Shown piece by piece: positions 20,478 to 32,980 of a stretch of 64,000 bases of DNA. The notes below the pieces were generated by a model. That model was not told the origin of the DNA and did not search any database. It saw only the letters and a program-made list of their open reading frames with translations. Source of the DNA: Macrostomum lignano (Eukaryota). The stretch is taken from the NCBI GenBank assembly GCA_002269645.1, contig NIVC01001332.1, positions 124,001 through 188,000 of the forward strand. The letters run 5' to 3'. Numbering within the stretch: position 1 is the first letter of the stretch; the number at the start of each line of letters is the position of its first letter. The position numbers and the translations under genes are program-made.

Positions 20478-23400
20478 CTACAGCGCTTTATCCGGCCGGT
20501 ACTGATCAGCAATGTCCCTGGCGGCGGCCACCGCTTCTTTAAGCTCGTCCAACTCTAAATTAATCAGAGAAATCGAGTTTCGAACAGAACCTGAACTGCG
20601 GGCCGAAAATTCCACAGCGTCAGTCAGACTGTCCAAGCTATCGGCAGTTGCAGAGGAATTGTCCAGCATAGCCCAGCAGCCGATCTTTTGATAGGCATTT
20701 CTGCGCAGTCTGCTAGCTGTTGCAGCAGGATTCGAACCAGAAACCTCGGGCTCCAGAGCAGGATCGGGCGGTAGAAGCAGGCCAGTTGGAAACGGAGGCT
20801 TCGCAGTCAGCGGCGGCGAGACCAGGTGGATGTGCCGGGCCAGGTGGCCGGCGCCTGGAGCGCGAACGTCGCTTAGCCAGCGTTCAACAATGGCCGCGGA
20901 CTCTGCCGGCTGCTGACGTGGAGAGCTGGGAAGGCAGCGGCCAACCTAAGGTTGGTTAGCAGAGGGTTAGTTCGTCAGCTGGACTGTCAGGGAGACATGA
21001 TGGAGCAAGAAGGGAGTCTCAGGGAGAGTGAGGGTAGGCAGGAGAGTCTCAGGGAGAGAGTGAGAGTAGACAGGAGAGTCTCAGGGAGAGAGTGAGAATA
21101 GACAGGAGAGTTTCAGGGAGAGAGGGGGGTAGACAGGAGAGTCTCAGGGAGAGAGTGAGGGTAGACAGGAGAGTCTCAGGGGAGAGTCTCAGGGAGAGAG
21201 TGGGGGTAGACAGGAGAGTCTCAGGGAGAGTGGAGGTAGACAGGAGAGTCTCAGGGAGAGAGTGAGGATAGACAGGAGAGTCTCAGGTAGAGGATGAGGG
21301 TAGACAAGAGTTTGAGGGTAGATAACATTCTCAGGGAGGGTGAGGGTAGATAAGAGTTTGAGAGAGGGTGAGAGTAGATAGGAGTCTCAGGGAGAGAAGG
21401 GATACAGAATGAGGATTAGGACATACGGTGCAGCACTAGTAGAAACCAATGAAAACAGACTCAATGAGAGCCGCTAACTAACCGACAAGCAAGCGACACT
21501 GCTATGCTCAGGGCCAGCTGCAAACGGTCCAATAGGCGGCGGCGCCGACAGTGCAGCAGCATCAAGCGGTTGGCCATCCGGTCTGTACAGCCGAGCCGCC
21601 GAGCCGCAGAAGCGCCGGCCAGACTGGCACAGCAGACGCTGCACATCGCCAAGATCTGGTTGATTGCCGAAGCGCAGTCTAGTCGGCAGCGTGACGGTGT
21701 CGAGCCAGGAAGCGACGGCGGCTGTTGCGGCGTACTGAGACATCGGCGCCGACGATGCAGATGCCGATGGCGAAGCCGAAAGCCAGGGCTCTGGTATCGG
21801 CGATGTTGGCGAAGACAAAGGCGCGATCAGACCGGCTAGAGATTCGCTGCGGACCAGCGTTAGCCAGGAGATCAAACGATAAGCCGGCGGCGACTTCCTA
21901 CAGGAGGCCTCGACGGACAGCCAGTCTGGATGAGGCAGGCAGGGCAGAAACAGGCGGGCCTTCTTGGGAAATTCCTCAGCCAGGTAGGCCAGCGCCCAGC
22001 TGGTCAGGCTGCCGCCAAATGTGGGATCCGGGGCGTCAGATAGCAGCTGAAATCCCTGCGGGACACGGAGCGGGGGTTTGGGGGCTGGTGGTTAAGTTTG
22101 AGTGCAAGTCGGTTAGCGCGAAAGGATTGATCTCGGATGACCTCGGAGGAGTAATAACTTTAACTCACCGAAAGATGACCCCCGGGATATGCAGCGACCA
22201 GTGACCTCACCGAATGACCTCAAATGACCCTCGAAGGTGCAGTGACTAGTGACTTCACTGAATGACCTCAGATGGGTTCGCTGGTTAGGTTAATCTGATA
22301 CCTGGGGTTCACCGGTTATAACTTTATGAATTTGACCCCCAGGGAGGTGCAGTAACTAGTGACCTCACTGAATGACCTCAGATGACCCCGGGGGAGGTGC
22401 AGTGACTAGTGACCTCAGATGACCCCGGGGGAGGTGCAGTGACTAGTGACCTCAGATGACCCCCGGGGAGGTGCAGTGACTAGTGACCTCAGATGACCCC
22501 CGGGGAGGTGCAGTGACTAGTGACCTCAGATGACCCCCGGGGAGGTGCAGTGACTAGAGACCTCAGATGACTCCCGGGGAGGTGCAGTGACTAGTGACCT
22601 CACCGAATGACCTCAGATTACCTCCGGAGATGCAGCGACTAGTGACCTCACTGAGTGACCTCAGATGACCCCCAGGGAGGTGCAGTGACTAGTGACCTCA
22701 CCGAATGACCTCAGATGACCCCAGAGGTGCAGTGACTAGTGACCTCATTGAATGACCTCAGATGACCCCAGAGCTGCAGTGACTAGTGACTCACTGAGTG
22801 ACCTCAGATGACCCCCAGGGAGGTGCAGTGACTAGTGACCTCATTGAATGACATCAGATGACCCCAGAGGTGCACTGACTAGTGACCTCACTAAGTGACC
22901 TCAGATAACCCTAGCAGGTGCAGTGCAGGTGTCGTCGCAGCGAACCCTCACCTGGAGCCGGTCGCACTCCTCGGCAAACAGACGCAGCCGCGATTCCACG
23001 TCCTCCTCCAGCTGCTGCTGAAGTCCGACAGCCTCGGCCACTAGCGGCGACAAGCGCAGCAGGGAGCGCGGATGCAGCCGGGTGCCCAGACAGTCGTTCC
23101 AAGCCCGGAAGCTGGACTCCGCATACTGCATCTCCTCGCCAACGTCGCCCTGGTCGTCGGTGCCGATTTCCGCGAAAGCGCGTCTCTGGAATTGGTGTCG
23201 CTCGCTGCCATTGCGCTGCACCGGATGCACTTCGACTGGAAGGCCGCGGGACGATAGGGCAGCTGCTTCGCCGGCGGCAGCGCCATCGAGATCGACGGCA
23301 TCGACTGGTGGGTGGCATGACATAATTTGTAATAAAGTGAGATTTAGATTAGGTAAGGATAGGCTTTGAAAGAATGCGGATATGAAAATATAGGATTTGA

Positions 23401-24143
23401 TAGGATGGGGATTTAAAAAAATGGGAGTTGATAGGACGGGAGTTGAAATGTTGGGACCAGACAGGATGGCATCAGATTCAGATATGATGGGATTAGACAG
23501 AATGGGATCAGATAGGATGGAATCAGACAGAATGAGATCAGACAGGATGGGATTAGACAGGATGGAATCAGGCAGGATGGGATCAGAGATCAGACAGGAT
23601 GGAATCAGACAGGATGGAATCAGACAGGATGGGATCAGACAGAATGGGATCAGATAGGATGGAATCAGACAGAATGGGATTAGACAGGATGGAATCAGGC
23701 AGGATGGGATCAGAGATCAGACAGGATGGGATCAGGCAGGATGGGATCAGAGATCAGACAGGATGGGATCAGACAGGATGGGATCAGACAGGATGGGATC
23801 AGACAGGATGGGATCAGACAGGATAGGATCAGACAGACATCACGTGATACCAGAGCAAAAGCGGCAATCAGTCAACAAACGCACCATCATCAACAGTAGG
23901 TGTGGGCAGAGAGGACCAGCGGTCACACAGCACCACCCGGGGTGTATAAGTCGTCCGGCCCCGAGAGTCTTCGCCAGCCCGAAACAGAGCGTCGTGATCC
24001 GCCTCAGCGCCTGGGTTGGAGGCGGCCGCGGTGGCACCCGTGGAATCCGCATAGCGGAACGAGGCCTCCTGGATGTTCCAGAAATGAGAGCCAACGAAGC
24101 AGGCCATTGGCCCGAACTGCAGCGTTATTAATTCTTGAGTCAT
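20478..24143 (-). CDS. MSTO1: Misato homolog (tubulin/FtsZ-like Misato/DML1 family), 4 exons, ~550 aa
   Basis: Exons 24143-23885, 23304-22952, 22055-21483, 20945-20478; GT-AG and phase-consistent (1653 nt). Motifs: ELITLQFG..ACFVGSHFWNIQ, TYTPRVVLCD, WNDCL..RLHPRS, LRLFAEECDRLQ|GFQLLSD, AVASWLDTVTLPTRL. Confidence 0.93.
21010..21400. repeat. GA-rich ~28-30-bp minisatellite (GTAGACAGGAGAGTCTCAGGGAGAGAGTGAGG), MSTO1 intron 3
   Basis: Directly visible. Confidence 0.88.
22190..22910. repeat. 37/47-bp minisatellite (GTGACTAGTGACCTCAGATGACCCC..GGAGGTGCA), MSTO1 intron 2
   Basis: Directly visible; the period is 37 at 22381/22418. Confidence 0.93.
23450..23840. repeat. 15-bp minisatellite (GATCAGACAGGATGG), MSTO1 intron 1
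   Basis: Directly visible. Confidence 0.94.
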
Positions 24144-24269
24144 GCCTTTGCGCTGAGAAATACAGACGGTGGGTCAGCGCTAGAAATGATTGATTGACGA
24201 GCTGTGTTGATTGGACCTGATTTTTGACAGGTCGGTCTGTCAGAATTACCACAGAAAAGGGTGACGGTG

Positions 24270-24985
24270 GCCCAGCAACTGAGGATCTGGGAGGCTGGCT
24301 CAGCAACTGAGGATCTGGGAGGCTGGCTCAGCAACTGAGGATCTGGGAGGCTGGCTCAGCAACTGAGGATCTGGGAGGCTGGCCCAGCAACTGAGGATCT
24401 GGGAGGCTGGCTCAGCAACTGAGGATCTGGGAGGCTGGCCCAGCAACTGAGGATCTGGGAGGCTGGCCCAGCAACTGAGGATCTGGGAGGCTGGCCCAGC
24501 AACTGAGGATCTGGGAGGCTGGCTCAGCAACTGAGGATCTGGGAGGCTGGCTCAGCAACTGAGGATCTGGGAGGCTGGCCCAGCAACTGAGGATCTGGGA
24601 GGCTGGCTCAGCAACTGAGGATCTGGGAGGCTGGCTCAGCAACTGAGGATCTGGGAGGCTGGCTCAGCAACTGAGGATCTGGGAGGCTGGCCCAGCAACT
24701 GAGGATCTGGGAGGCTGGCCCAGCAACTGAGGATCTGGGAGGCTGGCCCAGCAACTGAGGATCTGGGAGGCTGGCTCAGCAACTGAGGATCTGGGAGGCT
24801 GGCTCAGCAACTGAGGATCTGGGAGGCTGGCCCAGCAACTGAGGATCTGGGAGGCTGGCTCAGCAACTGAGGATCTGGGAGGCTGGCTTAGCAACTGAGG
24901 ATCTGGGAGGCTGGCTTAGCAACTGAGGATCTGGGAGGCTGGCTCAGCAACTGAGGATCTGGGAGGCTGGCCCAGCAACTGAGTA
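24270..24985. repeat. 28-bp minisatellite (CAGCAACTGAGGATCTGGGAGGCTGGCY) upstream of MSTO1
   Basis: About 25 units; the reverse complement of the same unit occurs at 48555-49100. Confidence 0.97.
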
Positions 24986-25458
24986 TCCCAAAAATCAAAG
25001 GAATAAAAGCATATAAGGATAAAGTTGTAATATAATTAACCGAAGCTATTATTATATGAGTATATTAATAAAATATTCCTAAAAATATAAAATTAATGCT
25101 ATTACAACAAATGCACTTATTAAGCAAAGCAATGAATATTAGCAGGTATATATAGTGTAAAACACATTCACAATCATTCTAAGTAGTATATAATGCAAAA
25201 TTGGGTTAAAATAGTATCAATCTGTCAGTTGAGCAGCAAACTACAAAATGCAAAGATCAAATAAGCAGAGCACAAAGTATTCGAATATAGAGTCTATAAA
25301 TAACAAATCTTTCCGGGTTAAAAAATGATTTCTCAATATATTGCAGAAATGATATACGAGTTAACAAATCTATAAAACAACTTGGGGACATAGGACGCGC
25401 AGAAACTGCAACGCAAACGAGATCCGACACAAAGCCTGTGAAAGCTAAAAGCTGTTTA

Positions 25459-27803
25459 CTAAACTTCGCTTTCTAAGCACCAAACGTTAGCGGCAGCTGT
25501 AGCGGTAGCCACCGTATTGGACAAACTGCTGCGGCGTTTCTTCAACTTGAAACTGTACCGTCCGGTTAGCAACTGGCGGGCTGCCGACAGTTTCTTGGCG
25601 GATTTTGATACTGACGCTGCCTGGGGCTGCGGTTGCTGCTGCTGCGGCTGCTGATTGCGCAATCGGGTAGGCGGAGTTTGACCGCCGGCCGAGTGACAGC
25701 AGGAGGTCGAAGGAAATCTTCGAGGAGGCAGAGGTGGAGGCGGCGGCTCTTGCTGCTGCTGCTGTTGATGCTGCTGATGCTGCGGTTGTACCACAAAATG
25801 CCATTGTTCACCGCGAGATGACAGACAGTCCTGGGTTATTGGGATCGTGTGGGTGGCATTGTGAACTGAGGTAATCGGGCTAATGATGTACTAGCCAGGC
25901 TAATGGTGGACTAGCCATGCTAATGATAGACTAGCCAGGCTAATTATGGACTAGCAAGGCTAATGATGGACTATCAAGGCTAATGATGGACTATCAAGGC
26001 TAATGATGGACTAGCAAGGCTATAAGCTAATGGTGTACTAGTTAGGCTAATGATGGACTAGCCAGGCTAATGGTGGACTAGCCATGCTAATGGTGTACTA
26101 GCAAGGCTAATGATGGACTAGCAGGGCTAATGAGATGGACTAGCCAGGCTATTGATGGACTATCAAGGCTAATGATGGACTAGCTAGGCTAATGGTGGAC
26201 TAGCTAGGCTAATGATGGACTAGCTAGGCTAATAGTGGACTAGCTAGGCTAATGATAGACTAGCCAGGCTAATAGTGGACTAGCTAGGCTAATGATGGAC
26301 TAGCCAGGCTAATAGTGGACTAGACAGACTAATAGTGGACTAGCCAGGCTAATAGTGGACTAGCCAGGCTAATAGTGGACTAGCCAGGCTAATGATGGAC
26401 TAGCCAGGCTAATGATGGACTAGCCAGGCTAATAGTGGACTAGACAGACTAATAGTGGACTAGACAGACTAATAGTGGACTAGACAGGCTAATAGTGGAC
26501 TAGACAGACTAATAGTGGACTAGACAGGCTAATAGTGGACTAGACAGACTAATAGTGGACTAGCCAGGCTAATAGTGGACTTAGACAGACTAATAGTGGA
26601 CTAGCCAGGCTAATATTGGACTAGCCAGGCTAATAGTGGACTAGCTAGGCTAATAGTGGACTAGCCAGGCTAATAGTGGACTAGCCAGGCTAATGATGGA
26701 CTAGCCACACTATTGTGACTACCAACTACCAGCTTATTGTACAATCGGTTCAATGAATGCACCTCCAGTTGATGACACCTTCGCAGCAAGCGGCCGCACC
26801 TGGCGGACTCTTGCTCAGCCTCTTTGGCAAGCTGTCTGCACCAGTCTTCTCGAAGCAGCAGCTCATTTCTGGCTCGTTTCAATTCGTCTTCCCGTTTGGC
26901 AAGGATAGTGGCCAACTCGAAATTAGAACTTGTAGCCTCCTGCGATATGTTGTTCGGTTGAGGTTAGGTTGCGGTTTAGGCTGAGGCTTAGTTTGGGGTT
27001 TAGGTTGTGGTTAGGTTGGGGATTAGGTTGGGGTTTCAGTTAGGGTTTAGTGTGGGGTTTAGGTTGGGGTTTAGGTTAGGGTTTAGGTTGGGGTTTAGTT
27101 TAGGGTTAAGATTGGAATTTGGGTAGTTGTTAAGGTTGGGGGTGTAGGTTGTGGTTAAAGTAGGGGTTAAGGTTGGGGGTCAGGTTGTGGTAAAGGTAGT
27201 GGTTAAGGTTAGGGTTTCGGTTGTGACTAAGGTTGGGGTTGAGGTTGGGGTTAAGGCAGGGGTTTTGATTGAAGTTTAGGTTGAGATTAGGTTTGGTTTG
27301 GGGTAACTAGCAGACCCGAGTGCCACACGGTAAAAGAGCATTAAATAGAATAAAAACATTAATTATTTAAATCACACCTGAAGAGCGCACTCTAAGCGAC
27401 GAATTTCGAGTTTCTGCAATCTGGCCAGATCTCTGAGCTGCTGCTCCTTGAGCTGAGCCTGCTGCTGCTGCTGTGGAACTCTCTGCCAATGTCTCCTCAA
27501 AAATTCACTAGTAGCTGCAGTTCCAACTCCTCCCGCTGTTGCAAACTCTTCATCGCTGTCCAAATCCACAAAAGTGCCGCCGTTAGTGTCGCCAATGTGA
27601 AAGCCAACAGCATCGGCAATGCGATCTCTGTCTATGCCAGCATGGCTGATGCTGCCGCTGCTGCTGCTGCTGCTATTGCTAGCAATAGAGGACGGCGGCC
27701 AGGTGTCCAGGTCAGCACCTGTAGTGGCATCCCGACTGGCATCAACTGGCTGGTGTGGCGGCTGCAGCTGTCTTCGAAGTGACCGCCTGGCTGAACTGGT
27801 CAT
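25459..27803 (-). CDS. Uncharacterised coiled-coil protein with low-complexity Q/P/S tracts, 3 exons (~324-335 aa)
   Basis: Exons 27803-27378, 26939-26763 (or 26730, alternative donor) and 25830-25459; all joins are phase 0. GC-rich codon style; heptad segment LQKLEIRRLECALQEATSSNFELATILAKREDELKRARNELL. No family recognised. Confidence 0.65.
25880..26700. repeat. 20-bp minisatellite (GCTAATAGTGGACTAGCCAG), intron 2 of the coiled-coil gene
   Basis: About 40 units. Confidence 0.96.
26960..27305. repeat. Degenerate TTAGGG/TTGGGG-like G-rich repeat, intron 1 of the coiled-coil gene
   Basis: Units such as GGTTTAGGTTAGGGTTTAGGTTGGGG. Confidence 0.85.
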
Positions 27804-29416
27804 GACTGACTAAATTGAAAATTGCTTTGCTATGAAATCGACCTATAGTGAACTGAAAACATTAGATTCGGTATATTGAGTGTTTTGTTTGGGTTAAATG
27901 TGCCATAATCTCACAGGGTTTGGCTACTTTTGTGTGGCTAAAATTAGCAACCTAGAGTCTTCTATTAACTTTTTAAATGGGTAACCATTGGGTACATGAC
28001 ATGAGAGAGAATGATAAAGACAATGACAGAAAGAATAAACTGGCATAGGTCAAACATTATTGAAGAATTATTAAATCAGTACACTTTATTGCCCCTAACT
28101 ACTCAATTGTAACCATTGCTATTAAACAAATTCAAAATATCAACAAAAATCAGATTGAAAAAAATTAAAAAAGAAAAAAAGATTTGATCTAGATGAAAAT
28201 GATTAAATAAATGACTAAATTAAATGGATAGACATTAGGACTATTTCAGGGCAATGAGTAGATTTTTAGTCTGAGTTTTAAGTGAATTAGGGCATTAGGA
28301 CAAAAAGTTTTTTGGTCTTAATATATTCCAAGGCAAATATGCCATGATCCTAACTATGGACTGGAAGTGTATGATGTTTAATATATTATATGACCTTATT
28401 TTTATTATCCTTTGACTAACAAGCCTATATCTTTACTTCTTGTCCAGTGAAATGCACTCAAACCTAGGTTTTTTATTAGTACTAAATTGTATCGTATTGT
28501 ATTGTATTGTATTGTAATGTAAAAAGGCTTACTTTCTCAAAATCTTACTAGACTAGAGTCCTTATTATTGTAATAACTAGGCCCTAAAATGCCAATATAG
28601 GGTAAAACCCCTATGGCCTACCCTTTGCCTAGATCTTAGTAATATAAAAAATAAGGCCTAATGCCTAAGGCTAGGCCTAGGGAAGGATAGGCTAAAATAA
28701 GAATACAAATTTAGACTAGATCATTGACATAATGTAGAATACTACAATTTACTTACTAGGAATACTATTAGTAGGCCCCTATTACTATTATGATTAATTT
28801 ACAAATACAATAAGAATATTATAAATATTATGAAAAAAAGATTAGACTAGTTAACTGGTAAAGTCAAAGTCTTTAATATCTAGTCTAAATTTTACCATAG
28901 AGACTCTAGTCTAATTGTAGTAGTAAGATTTTAAAAGGTAGGCCTTTTAGTAATTATCTTTTAATTGTGCCTAATCTTATTTATTTGCCAAAGTAGCATA
29001 GCAAATACACCTAAGTCTAAGATTACCTTTATTTTACTAAATTAGTCAAATAGTAATACCTAAAAAAGTTAGGCCTATTTATAAAGTATAACTTAGGATT
29101 TTTTTAAAAATGTCATGTGGCACTGAAAACTTGCCCTAAAAAAACTTGTGTTAGGTCTATTTTAAAACTTAATAGGCCTATGGCATAGAGAGGGGGGCTA
29201 TTTTTTTTAACTATTTACTTGACACAAATGTATTTAAAAGAAAAAACACTTTTCACTTTTTTAAATTTTGTTGCTTTGTGCACAATCTAGTACTGTTTTA
29301 GGTAGAAGCGTAGAGTATAGAGCCAGATCTTTTCTTTTGTCGCAGAAATTCTACAAAGGTTTTCAACATTTACAACAAAACTTGCAAAAAGTGGATGTGC
29401 CAAATTGAAGATTAAC

Positions 29417-29870
29417 GGTTCCTAGTCATTTCGTCATCTGCCATTTCGTCATCTGGGTGTCTGGGGTGCTCACCTCGACTATGGTCACTTCGTCATCTTA
29501 ATTAATATGCACTATCTGAAGAGAGTCATTTCGTCATCCACTAATCATATTAGTTCCAACTTCAAGTGAATTATTGTGGCAATTAAATATATTTACTTGG
29601 AATCCTAATGATCCCAGTCATTTTGTCATCTCGATTGATAAAACCTGTCAATCGATTGGTTCTGCTTGCCGCAGCTTTCAGTTATTAAACAAAAAATAGT
29701 TTACACTAACTCGAATCACACACAGATTGATTGGTTGATGACAAAGTATCCAGCATAACTAAATATTTGGTCATTTCGTCATATTATTTTTCAAGCTAGG
29801 CCTTACTTTGCTTCTGGTCACTTCGTCATCCGATATGACGAAATGGAATATGACGATCTGACCAGTGACC
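29417..29870. mobile_element. 454-bp MITE with GG...CC ends and 8-bp TSD
   Basis: TSD AGATTAAC at 29409-29416 and 29871-29878. Left end GGTTCCTAGTCATTTCGTCAT; reverse complement of right end GGTCACTGGTCAGATCGTCAT. Internal TTTCGTCAT subrepeats. Confidence 0.85.
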
Positions 29871-32457
29871 AGATTAACATGTGCCAAAGTGGAACGTAGC
29901 CTTCAAGACTTAAAATAATTTTCAGTATTTGGTTTGGGAAAAAAGTGTAATATATGACATTATTTATCCCTTAACACTTTCTATCTGTCATATCAGCATG
30001 GTTTTATATGACACTATCTGATTCTTGTCTAGCTTGCTTTCTTGTTTGCTTCCATCAACTATAGCACGAGTGTGCACACTAAATGTTCCATGAAAAGATT
30101 CACTTTTAACCCCCCACCTGGCTTGCCTAAAGGCCAAAACTTATAAAGTGAAACTTTTATTTTAGAATCAGATTTCTAACCTCAATTTTATGTTTAAAAT
30201 TTCTGATACACTTGTGTGTTAAAACTGACTAAATATTCAAAATGAATTTTACTGATTAAAGTGATCATCCACTTGTAAGCCTGCTTTTCTTCATCATATC
30301 AAATTACAAATCAAAATTGGTTTGGATCTTCCAAGAAAAAAAGCAGTATAACTAGGCTATTTAACTTTGTTAAATTTTGACTGCTTTAACAGCCTCACTT
30401 TGTACAATTTTTACACTTTCTGCTGGTCCCTGGACATTTTGATGACAAGATGTTTTAGTGACAGCCTTTTTGGTGACAGGTTTTAAAAATATAAGTTAAT
30501 TTTGTTTGTAAGATAATATACTTATGAACAAGAGTTAATACTCAAAACTCATCATATTTATTGTTTTTGCATTGATTTTGTCTTTGTTATATCTCTACAC
30601 TTAAATTTATTTCAATTTATTTTATGAAAGTTAAGGGCTTAGGACTTAGTAGGTCTAGGGCCTTATTGGTTATTGAAAAGTCAAGGAAATTTATATAAAA
30701 AAGCATATTATTTTTATGAGTATATTTTAACAGTTATTGATAGTTAATTATTAGCTCATATAGCTATAGCTAGGCCTAGTACATTGTTTGGTTAATTGTT
30801 ATGTTAAGAATAAAGATCAGACATTCATACATGCATATATACTTATTTTTTAAAAAGAAAATAGCATGATTTATTTACTATTCAGAGCATTTATAACTAT
30901 TGCCACTCAATTTTCAAAATACTGAATATTAGTTTATATATATGGCATAGCAATTTCTTTTTGTGATAATTGTGGATTTTAATGGGTTTTCTGGTTTTAC
31001 AATAGAAAAAATAGCCAATTATAGTCTTCAAAAATTAACAGCAGAAGGTTGCTCAGAAGGCTGCCATTATACATCTAGCAGCCATAAAATTAAAAATAAC
31101 ATTTGCAATCATCAAGAGGTAATACTATACTGATATACATGTAAAGTATAGTAACAAACTACATGTACAAGTACAACTGCAACTTTTGTTTGTATCAATC
31201 ATGCAGTAAAAATATGCTATATGTTGCCCTGGATATAGGTATATCAATGCAGATTATGTCGCATAATGATGTAGTGTGTAAAATAAATGGCTTGCCATGT
31301 GTTGCCTTGGCTGACTGACCTTTTATCTGCACAGCAAGGACCTGTGGTAGGCTGGTCTACCACTGGGGTTCAGGCAGCAGTTGGCGATAGTGCAACGTCT
31401 CCCTTCGGAGGAGTGAAAATTGATGTCACCAATGGCTCCTTTGAATGTTTATTAACATTCCCTTGGTTGCTCCCACCTTTGTTCCCCCTGTTGCTCCTTC
31501 CCTTGGTCCCGCCCTTGTTTTAATATGTTTTTCCCCAGGTTTTCCCCCTTTTCCAGCTAGTGCTCCACCCGGTGTTCCCCTCCTTGTTCCCCCCATTGAA
31601 GTATGTGAAATTTTGTTGCATATAACCATTTGCCTGTCACTTTCTCAATTCAAATCCTTTAACTTTAATGTAAAGTTAAACAAAATTGAGAAAAGATTGT
31701 AAAGATCAAGAAGTAAAACACAACGAAATTGATATGAAGTTTTGTAACCAACAAAGTAAATAATGTAACGAGTACAAGTTAAAGCAAAATACCTTCAAGT
31801 AATCACTAATTCTATAAATTTTTAATCAAAAGACCTGTTCCCGAATCTTGAGTTTTTTAGGGTCAGGAGTCTGGTCCCGCGGGAATTCAATTTTCCTCAG
31901 GATCCCGAGATTTCGGGATCGGGATCTAGATCCTGTCCGACCTCTATGGACTATAGACACTCCCAACAAGCATTAGTGCCACATTAGACAACACATGCTT
32001 GATTTGTAATTTTTGTTTTGCAATTCAGCCTTGTACTTTTAAGTAGGCCTAAGCCAACTCCCTTCATCTACTATGCTCTTCCCTACAGACAATCCCAGCC
32101 GTTAATTTACCATAAATATTTTAGCTAACCTGTTCGCTATGTTAGGGGCCTAGTATAAATACAAGTTTAACTAGTGGCCTAGGCCCTTCACTTCTTTTTT
32201 GCCCCACTCAGTCTAGAGTGCTTAATTATACTGTTTAATAGCTTGGGGAATGTCCAAACATGCTAAAATCAGTTTCTAAAGTAGAGAAAATGCAAAACAT
32301 TGAAAAAATAGTTTAATGAACGATTTGAGAAGAATGCCCCAACCATGTTCCACTTGTTAGGCCAATCTATACATGAGATACATGGTCTTTTAGCTTAGCA
32401 ATGAATGCAGCCAATGCAAAGCTGCATGCATTGCATGCCTTACAGGTCTACGTCAAC

Positions 32458-32980
32458 GAGGCTCTTATATTGCTTGTTCTGGTTCTAAACCAGAACCATT
32501 TTGTAAAGTATAACTTTTTGTCTCCTAAACTAAAGGGATATTAGTGCTTTAAAATTGTGATTATTGAATGGCCAAAGCCAAGAAGAAAGTGAAAAATTGT
32601 GCAAAGTAAGGCTGTTAAGGCAGTCAAACATTCAACAAAGTTAAATAGTTATACTGCTTTTTTTCTTGGAAATCCAAACTGATTCTGGTTCTGGAATCGA
32701 TTGCCATGAAGAGGCTCAATGGGCCTTTTCATATTGCTTGTTCTGGTTCCAGAACCAGAACCAATTTGTGAAGTATAACTTTTTGTCTCCATAACTAGAG
32801 GGAGATACGTGCTATAAAGTTTTTATTATTGAATTACAATCGCCAAGAAGAAAGTGAAAAATTGTGCTAAGTTAGGTTGTTAAGGCAGTCAAATATTAAC
32901 AGAGTTTAATACTTTTACTGCTGTTTTTCTTGGAATTCCGAACCGATTATTGTTCTGGAATTGGTAATATGAAAAGGCCC
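32458..32980. mobile_element. Two tandem ~260-bp copies of a MITE-like element (ends GGGCCTTTTCATATT...AATATGAAAAGGCCC); related inverted fragments at ~43195-43393
   Basis: Copy 1 at ~32458-32715 and copy 2 at 32721-32980 align throughout; 43330-43393 is the reverse complement of the left end. No TSD established. Confidence 0.72.

Noticed and set aside
31287-31702. GC-richer island with short ORFs inside the AT block
   Set aside because: No recognisable domain or consistent splice phases; probably a TE fragment.
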